A stretch of 62,895 nucleotides of DNA, the filler included, from Kipferlia bialata (lineage: Eukaryota), in assembly GCA_003568945.1 (NCBI GenBank). It is 4 parts of 4 records of this genome, joined end to end, with 100 filler letters (N's around TTAATTAATTAA, not from the genome) between each part and the next. Parts side by side here need not be neighbours in the genome. Positions count along the whole stretch, not along the records: positions 25,970 to 54,834 come from BDIP01000061.1; positions 54,935 to 59,177 come from BDIP01000072.1; positions 59,278 to 62,895 come from BDIP01000077.1; 1 more part is not named here. The stretch is one strand, 5' to 3'. Positions within the stretch are counted from its first letter, which is position 1. Each line of letters opens with the position of its first letter. Shown one piece after another: positions 52,801-62,895 of this stretch. The notes below the pieces were generated by a model, which saw nothing but the letters and a program-made list of their open reading frames with translations, had not been told where the DNA came from and did no database searches. The translations under genes were made by a program, and so were the position numbers.

Positions 52801-54834
52801 CTGCGTCTAGTGCTGCCACCCCATGGCCTATGGCTCTCTCGATATCAGTGCTCGTGCCAGTGCCTACGGCCTGCAGGGAGAGGGACCAGACACCTGCGTG
52901 TGAGAGGGTCCTATAACATGATTGATGTCACAACTTGTCACACAACTTGTCACACCTGATGCGTCTCTTGTGAATGCAGTGTAGAAACCCTTGACCTCAG
53001 GGTATGTGTTGGTAGTAGTGACCACTAGGGTGTTGTCATCGCCGAAGGAGAAGTCAGTGACACCCAGTATATACTCTGAGGGCAACTGCTGATGGTGAGA
53101 GGGAGAGGCAAGAATCGCAGCATAGAGAGATTGTCTCCAGTCAGATATAGAACACAGACAACTAGATACACCACGACCAGTACACACATCCTCATATATC
53201 ACACACACCAATGGCAGTGCGAAGCATCTATAGTATAGAGCAGATGGTCCAACACGTACCTCCCCCTCAGTCCAACTCCCCTCTGAGAGACAGTAGAGGG
53301 TGGGGACAGTGGCGCCAGCGACAGTGACAGCAACGCAGGTGTCCGACATCTTGAGTCTGCCAGTGCCGGAGACCTGGACACCAGAGAAGGACCTGGGGGA
53401 AGAGGGACACTAAACATAGAAATATGAGTATATAAACACACATATATATGTATCGATACATGTACATTTAGCACACTGTGTCGGGAAGGACAATGGCGTG
53501 GGATACAAAAACCCACACCCAAGAATATATTAATATATGTATGAGTTCGGAAGAACTTGTGTAGACAGAGATCCAGAGAGACGTACTCGTTGAGTGCAAA
53601 GTCCCCGGAGCCGTCTGCAGTATACACAGCCACCGCCCCACTGTCAGAGGTGTTGCTGAAGTATATGAAGCTGGTGGCGAAGGAAGTGCCATCGGGTGAC
53701 ACTGCAATCTGAAGTGAACAAGCGGCAGGGAGATAATGTCAACTGAGGATTTGATTGACAAGGATGCACATGTGATACGTACCTCGTCAGGGCCGGCGTT
53801 CCTGTTCTTACCAGCTTCTGCCACCGGGATAGTCTGGGCGAGAGAGAACTGGGTGCCAGCTCATAGTGAGAGGGAGAGAGAGAGAGAGAGAGAACTGGGT
53901 GCCAGCTCATAGTGAGAGGGAGAGAGAGAGAACAGAGAGAGGTATCACTGAATGGGAACTACTCTACCTGTGTTGAGGGTGTAGCGCAGCACACTTCCTG
54001 GTGTGGTGTATGAGTAGTCGGTGATGAGCAGCTGGTTCTAGAGGTCAGATGACGGTGAGAGAGGGATGGTCATGTGAGATGGGTTACACAACCATCACAG
54101 GTTGGGTGGCAATGCGCAGGTGGCCAACTATTAACTATTATTATAGTAAATGTAATATAGTGAGTGTAGAAGGGTGTATCTATATGCAGCCTCACCTCAC
54201 TAAGTGCCACGCCCCTGCCGATACTGCCACCTGATATTAGTATGTGTCAATGTATCAATACACACACATATACATATATATACATATATATGTATGTGTA
54301 TATCAGACAGGGGAGAAGTGACACCAACACTGTTCCCATACGAATCCATCTCGACCCAACACAGTCAATCTCTCCACCGGGTTGCGTACCCATAGAATGC
54401 AGAGCATGTAGTATGTATCCATACCAGAGATGGTTTGTACCAGCTTCCACTCATTGTCGCCTTCGACGTAGTGGAACACATAGACGTCACTGTACGTGAG
54501 ACAGAACACACAGACAGGTGGGGGAGGGGGGGGAGAGAGAGAGAGATACATATACACATTTATATGACCAGTCATGGCATATAGTCTGCAAAACCAGCAG
54601 GTGTGAACTCACATATAGTACTACCCAATAATTAAGGTATATGGAACATGACATACAAGAGCAGTGAATACTGTGTGCATTGGGTAGAGTACAGAGAGTC
54701 TGAATTGCACTCACGTGTACTTCCAGGACCCCACACATGCCCACGTCCCATGCATGTCCATGATCTGACATTAGATAGAGGGAGGGGGGTATTGAGAGAG
54801 AGAGAGAGAGATGTCCATTACCTGAGGGCAGAGA
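46887..54834 (-). CDS. Large type-I membrane surface protein: propeller-like N-terminal region, about 9 invasin/filamin-type Ig-like repeats, TM helix, acidic tail; 5' truncated
   Basis: Repeated 'S(T/V)I..P..V.AG....V.V.L.DxxGN' units (DSLGQ, DAEGN, DQYGN, DSYGN x2, DEYGN, DQYAN, DTVGN). Propeller-like strands (DVYVFHYVEGDNEWKLVQTI; SPDGTSFAT...GAVAVYT). TM segment GFAIGIPCVLVVAGAVLCYVFW near 47280-47345. Confidence 0.75.
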
Positions 54835-54934
54835 NNNNNNNNNNNNNNNNNNNNNNNNNNNNNNNNNNNNNNNNNNNNTTAATTAATTAANNNNNNNNNN
54901 NNNNNNNNNNNNNNNNNNNNNNNNNNNNNNNNNN
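54835..54934. other. Artificial contig linker
   Basis: N44-TTAATTAATTAA-N44. Confidence 0.95.
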
Positions 54935-55172
54935 GGTGTCGGACAGGGGGTCAGGCAAGGAGGGCGGGGCCGGGAGCGGCCACCCCCCCGTCCCCCCCCT
55001 GTCCCCCTCCAGACTGCTGTCCATTGGTGTCACTCCTATGACACCTGCAGAGGGGGGGCTGCTGGACGATGCGTCCGACGATGACTCTGGGAGCGAGGAC
55101 TCGTTCTCAGCCAGACCCCCTCTGCCCAACCTACACAGGTGCCTAGGGTCACAGTGTGTATATGTGTATGAT

Positions 55173-55211
<39 letters not shown>

Positions 55212-58160
55212 TTACACTGACCCAGGCGCCAGACCGCAGACCCTGCCAACACTGCCAGGACCGTTGAACTGGCCAGACAGGCCATGGTGCAGGGCCAGTC
55301 CAGGCACTCCGTGGACTCGCCCAGCACTGCTACTGGTCACGTCAAGGGGCATAGAAGGGCTAGCTCCATCCCGCACCCCTCTGCAGGCGAGTACTCGAGT
55401 GGAGACAGAGGCTCAGACAGGGCGGTCGGGAGGGGCGTCAGCAACGCCTGGAGCATCGTCCCCGGCCATGCCCCCACCCTGGTGAGTATGGGTATATATG
55501 GATATATTGGTATATGGATATGGAAATATGGTTTATTTTTATATGTCGGTATATGTCGATATATGGATATATGGATGTGATCATGGGCACAGGTGACTTA
55601 CGTATGTATACCGAGTTCTGTCATGTACCCGTCAACTGTGCAGTGGCATGCATGCCCCTATGACCGCTGACCCCAGGGACGGGATGGGTTTGGTACCCTC
55701 ATGGACTCCATGGTGTCCCACAGACACTCCTTCATGGCACCCCCAGACACCATACTCCGGCACATCAGGTGGGGGCAGTGTACATATGTATATATATATA
55801 TACATATATATATGGGCATGCAGTGCACTGTGTATGTGTCTGTTGAGACCCTCCTCACCTCAGGGACTTCAAGGAGAGGCTGTCCTCTGCGGCCCTCGCC
55901 CATAAGACCCAGCACAAGTTGGAGCATCTCGCTGACTTTGATGTCGAGTGCATGTATGTCAATTCCCTGTTGACCCTCTCCTTTGACGCCCATCTGTGGG
56001 CCAGGGACCAGGGCCGTCTGGCCATGCCGTACCTGGGGTTCCTGCTGCACCACTTCTATGCGCTGCAGGTGGGTGGTACAGGCCCATGGTACATGGTGGA
56101 TGCGGTGCAGGGACTGGTACTCCATTTACAGGGGGCACTGATACTGATACTACTACTGACACACAGGGTGTAGTCAGTGTGCGCCGCTTCTGTGCAGCCC
56201 TGGTCGGGTTCAACAACCTCTATCGGTGAGGCACTGTCTATGTATATCTATATATATACATGGTATGTCATGACCTTGACCCCCCTCCCTCTCTCCCTCT
56301 CTCTCTCTGTCTCCCCCCTCTCTCGACTGACTCAGTGACTCCTCCATGTACCACAACAGCGTGCATGCAGCGGATGTGCTGCAGATGGTGGCAATGATGG
56401 TGCACAAGACAAGGATGACAGGTGGGGGGGATCCTGTGGATGTATGTACATGTATTTATATATATATATATATGGCGTGGCAGCACCCTTGCCCCTCCTA
56501 GTATCTGGCACCTCACACGTCTGAGGTACGATACTGATACATACCGCCCTGACCCCAGCTGCGGGTAGGACCATCTGCCCCCTGCACGCTGTGTGTGTCA
56601 TACTCCTGGCCGCTGCGGCACACGACGTGGAGCACTGCGGGGTCAGCTCAGACCTCCTGGTCAACACAAGGTATGGGACCATACTCGCCATGTGTCTGTG
56701 TGGTTATACATCCAGCACAGGTCAGCGTGGAGTCAGCCTAGACCTTATTGTCAAATACATATCATAGATCTCATACTTGGTGCGCCTCACCCAGACATGC
56801 CCTTTACCTCGTCTATGGCACCGTATCAACCCTGGAGAAGTATCACGTGGCCCTCGGTGTATATGTGCTGAGGTATCCCTTGTTATGTGTAGCGGGGTCA
56901 TATCTGGAGTTTGTGGCGTTATTGTGAGGCGGTTGTAAGTGCCTCAGCTCTCTCCTACAACTCCTCTCCTTCCACGTCTCCGTCTACTGTGATACCCTCT
57001 TCCCCTTTCCCACCCCAGGTACTATGGCGTGTTTGACCTCCTGCCCAAGCAAGAGGCAGAGCAGAAGCTGGACCTGTTCCGGCTCTTGGTCCTTTCCACA
57101 GACCCAAAGGTACTCCACACGTACACACATATAAAGAAAACAGCAGGGAGTCAACTCATCCTAATAGTGATACTGCATCAGTGTGACTGTTGCATCATTT
57201 GCCGCTTACCCCCCAGACACTGTTTGAGTCCATCAACCAGCTCAACAACCTGCACTGGGACGCCCCCACTGTCAAGCTGATGGGCGGGAAGGGCCTGCAG
57301 AGCATCCTGCTGTGCTCCATCATGAGGATGGGGGACATCAGCAATGCCTCCAGGTATCCATGGGGCATGGATTGGGGCATATATTGTTAGTGTGCCAATT
57401 TGGACGCTTCCCTGTCCCCCGATGTCTGTATTCACCCCTCCTGACCTCAGACCCTTCCCCGTGGCCAAGGCCCACTCCCTCAACGTCATGTCTCCTTCTC
57501 TCTCTCTCCCTCTCTCTCTCTTAATGTATGTATGCATCTATATATTCTAACACAGACCCTTCCCCGTGGCCAAGGCCCACTCCCTCAACGTCATGGCCGA
57601 GTTCTTCCACACAGGGGACCTGGAGACAAACCATGGCCTGAAGGTAAGAGTAATAATAGTAATATTAGGGGTCTGACTGACTCTGCCTCTGTGCTAGTAG
57701 TATAGTGTGTGCCTCCGTCCAGCCTTCGCCCTCAATCCCAGCTAGGCACCTTCCGAGACAGGTCAGAGGGCTCAGACGGCATCAGGCGGTGCCAGGGGAG
57801 CTTCATCGAGTCTGTGGTCAAGAGGTACACCAAGGCGCTGACTGCCTTCTGCCGCAGCCTGGCCCAGGACGGCAAGGCCTCCCTCAGAGCCCAGATCCTG
57901 GAGGAGACGCCGTACACCCTGGAGGCCCTGCAGGATCCACTGACCGGCACGATGCCCCTGGCCACGCTGCTGGAGACGATGCTATCAGCCATGGAGGAGA
58001 ACCAGAGGCTGTGGGCTGAGGTGGGTGCATGGGCTCAGTCTCTCTCCCTTTCGCTCCCTCGTCCATCTACATTCCCCATACTTCTCCCTACCCTCACCCC
58101 CAGCTCCCTGATGATGACTTTGATCTGGTGGAGTGCCTCCATGCCAGGTGGGACGAGTGA
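54935..58160 (+). CDS. Class I 3',5'-cyclic nucleotide phosphodiesterase (PDEase_I domain), 5' truncated
   Basis: YHNSVHAADV, AAAAHDVEHCG, LEKYH, LSTD, GDISNASRP, EFFHTGDLE and CQGSFI in successive exons; last exon LPDDDFDLVECLHARWDE*. Confidence 0.92.
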
Positions 58161-59007
58161 TCGTGTCAACCGGTTCATACTCCCAAGGCAGTCCCAGGGC
58201 AGGGCAAGGCAGGGGATGGGAGGAATGCCGCCTCTGTAACAGAGTCTGTTGCCCACTGGGTGTCTGTGTTTTCTTCTGAAGGGCATTGAGTGTTAGGGTG
58301 TGGGACTGAGACTACACTGAGTGGGTGGGTCTCGTCTGGGAAGGATTGTCCACTCAGCCCTGCCCTGTTTGATGGCCATCTGATTGGGCAACAGTCAGTC
58401 AACCTCGGACATATTTGTGCATTAAATAGACGTGTGTATTCCAATGCATGTGTTGAACAGCTACACAGGAATCTAGCTATACATTTATCGTGCCTCATGG
58501 ATAGACAGGTATACTCTAGAATATGATGGAACTAGCTGGCTCAGAACCCATAAGTCACCTTCCAGGTACTGGTCTAGATCTACCGGTTATCTATACTAAT
58601 ATATGATGCCGTACAATCACAGTCAGATGCGCAGATATAGTGCCCTAGGCACCACCTGTATACACACCTATATGTACATACGTGATGATGATGATGATGA
58701 AACCAACAGCAGTGGGGCCAACCCAAGTGGATTGCCGGAGACAGCTTCACTGGAACCACAACCATGGGGTAAAACACAGGACCAGTTGCCAGAATGGATC
58801 GGTCCAGACATCTCGCTCGTTTTGCATACTGTGTGCATCACGATGCAATGCAGCATCCCATTCACTGGATGGCATCCAGAGAATGACCCAGACTGTAAAG
58901 GAGACTGAAGCCTACACCTCTGACCATCAACCCCAGCTGGGTGGTGCCGTCTGTCCTTGAGGGGCACGGACCTTGGCGCAGCACCACACTGCATCAGTGT
59001 CAGTGTC

Positions 59008-59061
59008 TCACTGCAACTCCCACAGACTCCGGCACAAGGGACAGTCCTCCTGGCCATCCTC
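59008..59061 (-). CDS. Possible terminal exon of a small RING protein (Apc11/Rbx-like ending)
   Basis: After the acceptor ctcatggccag the frame reads EDGQEDCPLCRSLWELQ*, resembling the CPMCRxxW end of Apc11. Upstream exons would lie beyond the contig edge. Confidence 0.3.
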   Translation of the reverse strand, partial: EDGQEDCPLCRSLWELQ

Positions 59062-59177
59062 CTGGCCATGAGACAGTATCAGTATCAGTATCAGATATGT
59101 GAGACAGGAGAGAGAGGCAGAGGGGGGGGGGAGGTACAAGGGGAGGAGGGGGGGGGGGGGTATCGAGAAGACATCGG

Positions 59178-59277
59178 NNNNNNNNNNNNNNNNNNNNNNN
59201 NNNNNNNNNNNNNNNNNNNNNTTAATTAATTAANNNNNNNNNNNNNNNNNNNNNNNNNNNNNNNNNNNNNNNNNNNN
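59178..59277. other. Artificial contig linker
   Basis: N44-TTAATTAATTAA-N44. Confidence 0.95.
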
Positions 59278-59295
59278 GTGGGTGGGGTGGGGGGT

Positions 59296-59334
<39 letters not shown>

Positions 59335-59380
59335 CGAGGGGGAGTGGCAGAGTGACTTCCACCGGAATGCAGTGCCTCAC

Positions 59381-60544
59381 CTGGCGGAACCTAAGGGCAG
59401 CAGGCCTGATGAACCTCTCGTACTTGGCTGGCTTACGGGTGAAGTTCTGTCGGTGAGGGGTCTATAACACATAGACAAGAACAAGTGTTAAATGCTGATT
59501 AGGGGATGAGAGAGGGACACCCTGCGCACCTGTCCAACGAACGTTGGCTTTGTGACCATTCTCTTCCAGCCCTTCTTCTGCCTCTTGCCGGACTTCACAA
59601 CCCTAGAGTAAGGGAGAGAGAGAGATATTGGCGGGAATATAATATATGTATCAGTATCAGTATGTATGACGATCCACAATGTCACAACAGGCCATACGTC
59701 ATATCTGTCATAGAATTGATAAACAACACATACGCAGACAATATAGACATATGGTACCTGAACATCTCCTCCTCTGTGATAGGCTTGACCCTAGCGAGAG
59801 GAACGTCCCACCGGCCTAGGGTGAGGAGAGAAACGACAAAGGGATATACAGATGTATACACAGGTACACACAACACAACTACCCACCTGCCCTTGCCTTT
59901 CTCTTCTGCTTGAGCATGTTGGTCAGCACTCTGCTGCGCTCCTGCCTCTCACGGTCCAGGAGGTAGGCGGGAAGGGCCTCGCCGGGATCCTGAAGGTTAG
60001 AGAATAACATATACGTGGGATGCATAATGAAATCGCTCTTCCGCTACGTAATACCCTTGATATTACAATACACATACCAATGCTCCCCGTTCGATCACAG
60101 TGAGTTGAAGAAGAGGGTACCTATACTACATTGTATCGTATCTTCCTATACAATCATACCTGCTTCTCCTTCTTCTTCTTTGCCAGACGCTCAGCGTGCT
60201 GGGCAAGGGTCTTCTTCATCTGAATCTTCTCCTTAAACCGCTCATTGCTCTGCCTCTTAGCCTTAAGGCCAAAGACAGCCTGGGCACGCTCAGAACGCTT
60301 GTGCACCTCACGTGCCTCTCTCTTACGCACACGCTCAGCATGGTCGAACTTCTGTCCATACCTCTTGCGGTGAAGCTCAATATGATCTCCCTGGGGCTGG
60401 GGGTGAGTATGGAGAGTGGAAAGGGCCGTAATAACTATAGAGATATGGTGTCCGACAAATCACGACGGAGGGGTAACGAAAAACCCACTCAAGCTAGAGA
60501 TATATACACAAAGGACAAATTAGCAAGGTATAAGCCCGTACCAT
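59381..60544 (-). CDS. NSA2: Ribosome biogenesis protein NSA2, 3' truncated
   Basis: [33 protein letters not shown]..., [54 protein letters not shown]. Confidence 0.96.
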
Positions 60545-60678
60545 TGTGAGTTAGGTGCTCAACTACGCCAAAGAGGCAGACGGTGAGTGCTGGTTCATCT
60601 GTCCGACAATTCTCCGACTCTCCGACTCTCCGACTGTCCCATCTCCTTGTGAGTGAGTCTCTATAAGAGCAGGCCGGA
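60545..60678. promoter_or_regulatory. Putative bidirectional promoter between NSA2 and PRP18
   Basis: 134 bp between divergent ATGs; four TCCGAC copies (60602-60634) and TATAAG at 60662. Confidence 0.5.
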
Positions 60679-62263
60679 ATGGACCCTCTCGCTGCGTTTC
60701 TGTTCCAGCAGAAGGCCAAGGCGGCCAAGGCACCCCCTGCCCCCAAGGCCAAGCGGCAACCAGTGGGGGTGAGTGCCCGTGATGCTGTCAATGCCTCTCG
60801 GAAGGAGACCCCCAAGGAGTCTGCCCCTTCCTCCCAGACCAGCGGGAGGGACATGGAGGTGGAGCTGCTGACCCAGGAGGTGCCCAGCTTCCTGCAGAAG
60901 TCCCAGTCTCAGTCCCAAGAGGTGGAGGGTAAGAAGAAGGCCAAGCCTGTGAAGGTGGAGCCTGCCCCCGGGAGTGCCTTCCCTGGTATGTTCCTGGAGA
61001 GGACACTGCAGCTGGTCAAGGCATCCAAGGCCAGAGACACACACCCTCTGGGGTCCCCACAGTCCATAGAGCAGGTAGGGAGAGTGCGTATATACTTAAT
61101 GTGTGTCCCCTCACTGTAGGCCCGTGTGGCTGTGCCCACTGAGAGAGAGACCAAGGTCAAGGCCAGGCAGGCCAAGGAGGGGGGAGAGGGAGAGGGGGCA
61201 GAGCAGGACGAGGAGGTATCACAGGCAGAGGAGGTGTCTAAGCCACCCACAGACTACAGGTATGGTATAGGGTGTACACTCATCTCTGACCCCCCCCCCC
61301 CCATCTCCGCCCTGCCCACCTGCAGGATGCGTCTGTGTCTGTATGTCCTGAAGCGTGTGCTGAGGGAGTGGGAGGTACTCCTGCTGGAGAGGAGTGAGAC
61401 ACACACAGGCCTGCTGGTGCGTGATACCTCATCTCTCTTGTCTGTCCTCTCTCTCCCCTCTTCCTCACCACAGGCCGACACCGAGGACGGAGAGGACGAC
61501 AGGATATCCAAGGCCTGGATGAAGAACTACAGTGACTACTACAGGTGAGGATGATGTCGTATATAGTACAGTCCTTCATACATAACTCAATTGAGTAGTG
61601 CAGGTGTGACCATTCCCTATGCTGGACTGAGTCTACTGCGTACCTCTCCCCCCTCATACAGTAGATGATACCTCTATTGTGAGTACATACCCTGACCCCA
61701 GAGTGAAGCAGGCCATCCGGCCCATGTTTGCCCAGCTGGGCAGGACCGAGTTCCCTGCTGATATGATTGAGGCCCTGCATGCTGTGGCAGAGGCACTCAT
61801 CAGGTAGGGCATTACATGTACAAGTGTGTATGGATGTGTATATACATGATCCAACCCCCCAGGAAGGACTACTCGGATGCCAGGGTGTGGTACATGAACC
61901 TGTCTGTCGGAGTGGAGGCATGGCCACTAGGTACACACACACGGGATATTTTCTATTAGCATCATTATCCCCCCCTCATCTGTCAGGCATTGCCCCCATC
62001 GGCCACCACGGCAGAGCAGCCCTGGACGGCATCAACAGCAACGTCAAGGTATCCCGGGTTCCATACTGAAATCTGTATATCGATAATTTGCCCTCTATAT
62101 CCATTTGCTGGACTCTCTGACCTCTCTGTATCTTTCAATCTGTGTATATCCCCCCCCCACCCCACCCCAGTCGCACGTGCTGCACTCCGAGTCTGCGAGG
62201 GAGTACCTCCACTCCATCAAGGAACTGGTCACATTTGCAGAGCAGAGGTTCCCACCACAATAG
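60679..62263 (+). CDS. PRP18: Pre-mRNA splicing factor Prp18
   Basis: LREWE...KQAIRPMFAQL...DMIEALHAV...KDYSDARVWYMNLSVGVEAWPLGIAPIGHHGR...SHVLHSESAREYLHSIKELVTFAEQRFP matches the Prp18 helical domain pattern (YL.L.IG..AWPIGVT.VGIH.R...AHVL.DE..RKY...KRL.T..Q...P). Confidence 0.88.
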
Positions 62264-62417
62264 ATATAGATGTAGAGTCATATGAGAGTGGAAGTACTGC
62301 ATTATAGTGTCAACGATATCCACCACCACACCATGCTAGATAATAATATTTAGTTGTTTAACATAATAATGGTCCTGGCCTGTCTGTTGGTCCTGGGACA
62401 GGTACGGTCTCTCCTCC

Positions 62418-62812
62418 TTACTGTGCGGTCTCGTCTGTGGCGGCGATACCCTCGGTGGTCACCTCACCCCATCCAATCAGCCTCCAGTGCTGCTCGATAC
62501 GCCTGGAAATGGCCACCTAGGGGTGAGAGTGGGGGGGGGGGGATGTATAGAAAGAGTATATACAGAATATATAGTATAAGGGTACCTTTTCGTTGGGCTG
62601 GATGCAGACTGGGGTTCTGAGTCTGATCTTGGCAATCTCCATGGAGCCAACCTTGATCAGATCCTCAATGTCTCCACCTGGGGTGAGGCTATGTATACAT
62701 GTAATATATATATATATATGTATATACACACATATATATAGAAGCTGTGTGTACCTGTGGACATGGCGCCGACGTTCACCATGAGCTGCTCTCTCCTCTT
62801 GAGCTCAGACAC
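62418..62812 (-). CDS. EIF2S3: Translation initiation factor eIF2 gamma, last three exons
   Basis: EQLMVNVGAMSTGG...AKIRLRTPVC...EKVAISRRIEQHWRLIGWG. Confidence 0.95.
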
Positions 62813-62895
62813 CTAGGGGTGAGACAGGGGGAGAGAGAGAGAGGGGGGGGAGGGTTGTATGCATTCCTGTGCCTCATATATACACCACACTCCCT

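Noticed and set aside
58239..59000. Short ORFs downstream of the phosphodiesterase
   Set aside because: No recognisable motif or consistent splice pattern.

Overview
Eukaryotic, intron-dense genomic DNA with GC-rich exons and short (TA)n/(GA)n-rich introns ending in CT[G/C/A/T]AC-C(n)-AG. This style suggests a free-living fornicate such as Kipferlia (inference only). The window is four contigs joined by artificial N44-TTAATTAATTAA-N44 linkers, plus one scaffold gap. Genes I could splice by eye: a hypothetical low-complexity protein (-), a MON2-like DCB/HUS protein (+), a divergent Rab32/29-like GTPase (+), Hsp104/ClpB (-), a near full-length cytoplasmic dynein-1 heavy chain (+), an epsilon-COP-like fragment (+), a MORN-repeat protein (+), a beta-propeller/invasin-type Ig-repeat membrane protein (-), a class I cyclic-nucleotide phosphodiesterase (+), NSA2 (-) head-to-head with PRP18 (+), and the 3' end of eIF2-gamma (-). 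All assignments rest on remembered family motifs, not database searches. The most striking unexplained structure is in the introns of some genes, above all the MON2-like gene. They hold nested 'echoes' of their own flanking exon ends, mostly with splice sites intact: donor-side copies lie downstream and acceptor-side copies upstream, often 2+2 or 3+3. The echoes differ from the real exon mainly at synonymous positions, while the intron bodies between them are mostly unrelated. They look like captured divergent alleles rather than neutrally decaying duplications; a haplotype-stacking assembly artefact must be excluded.
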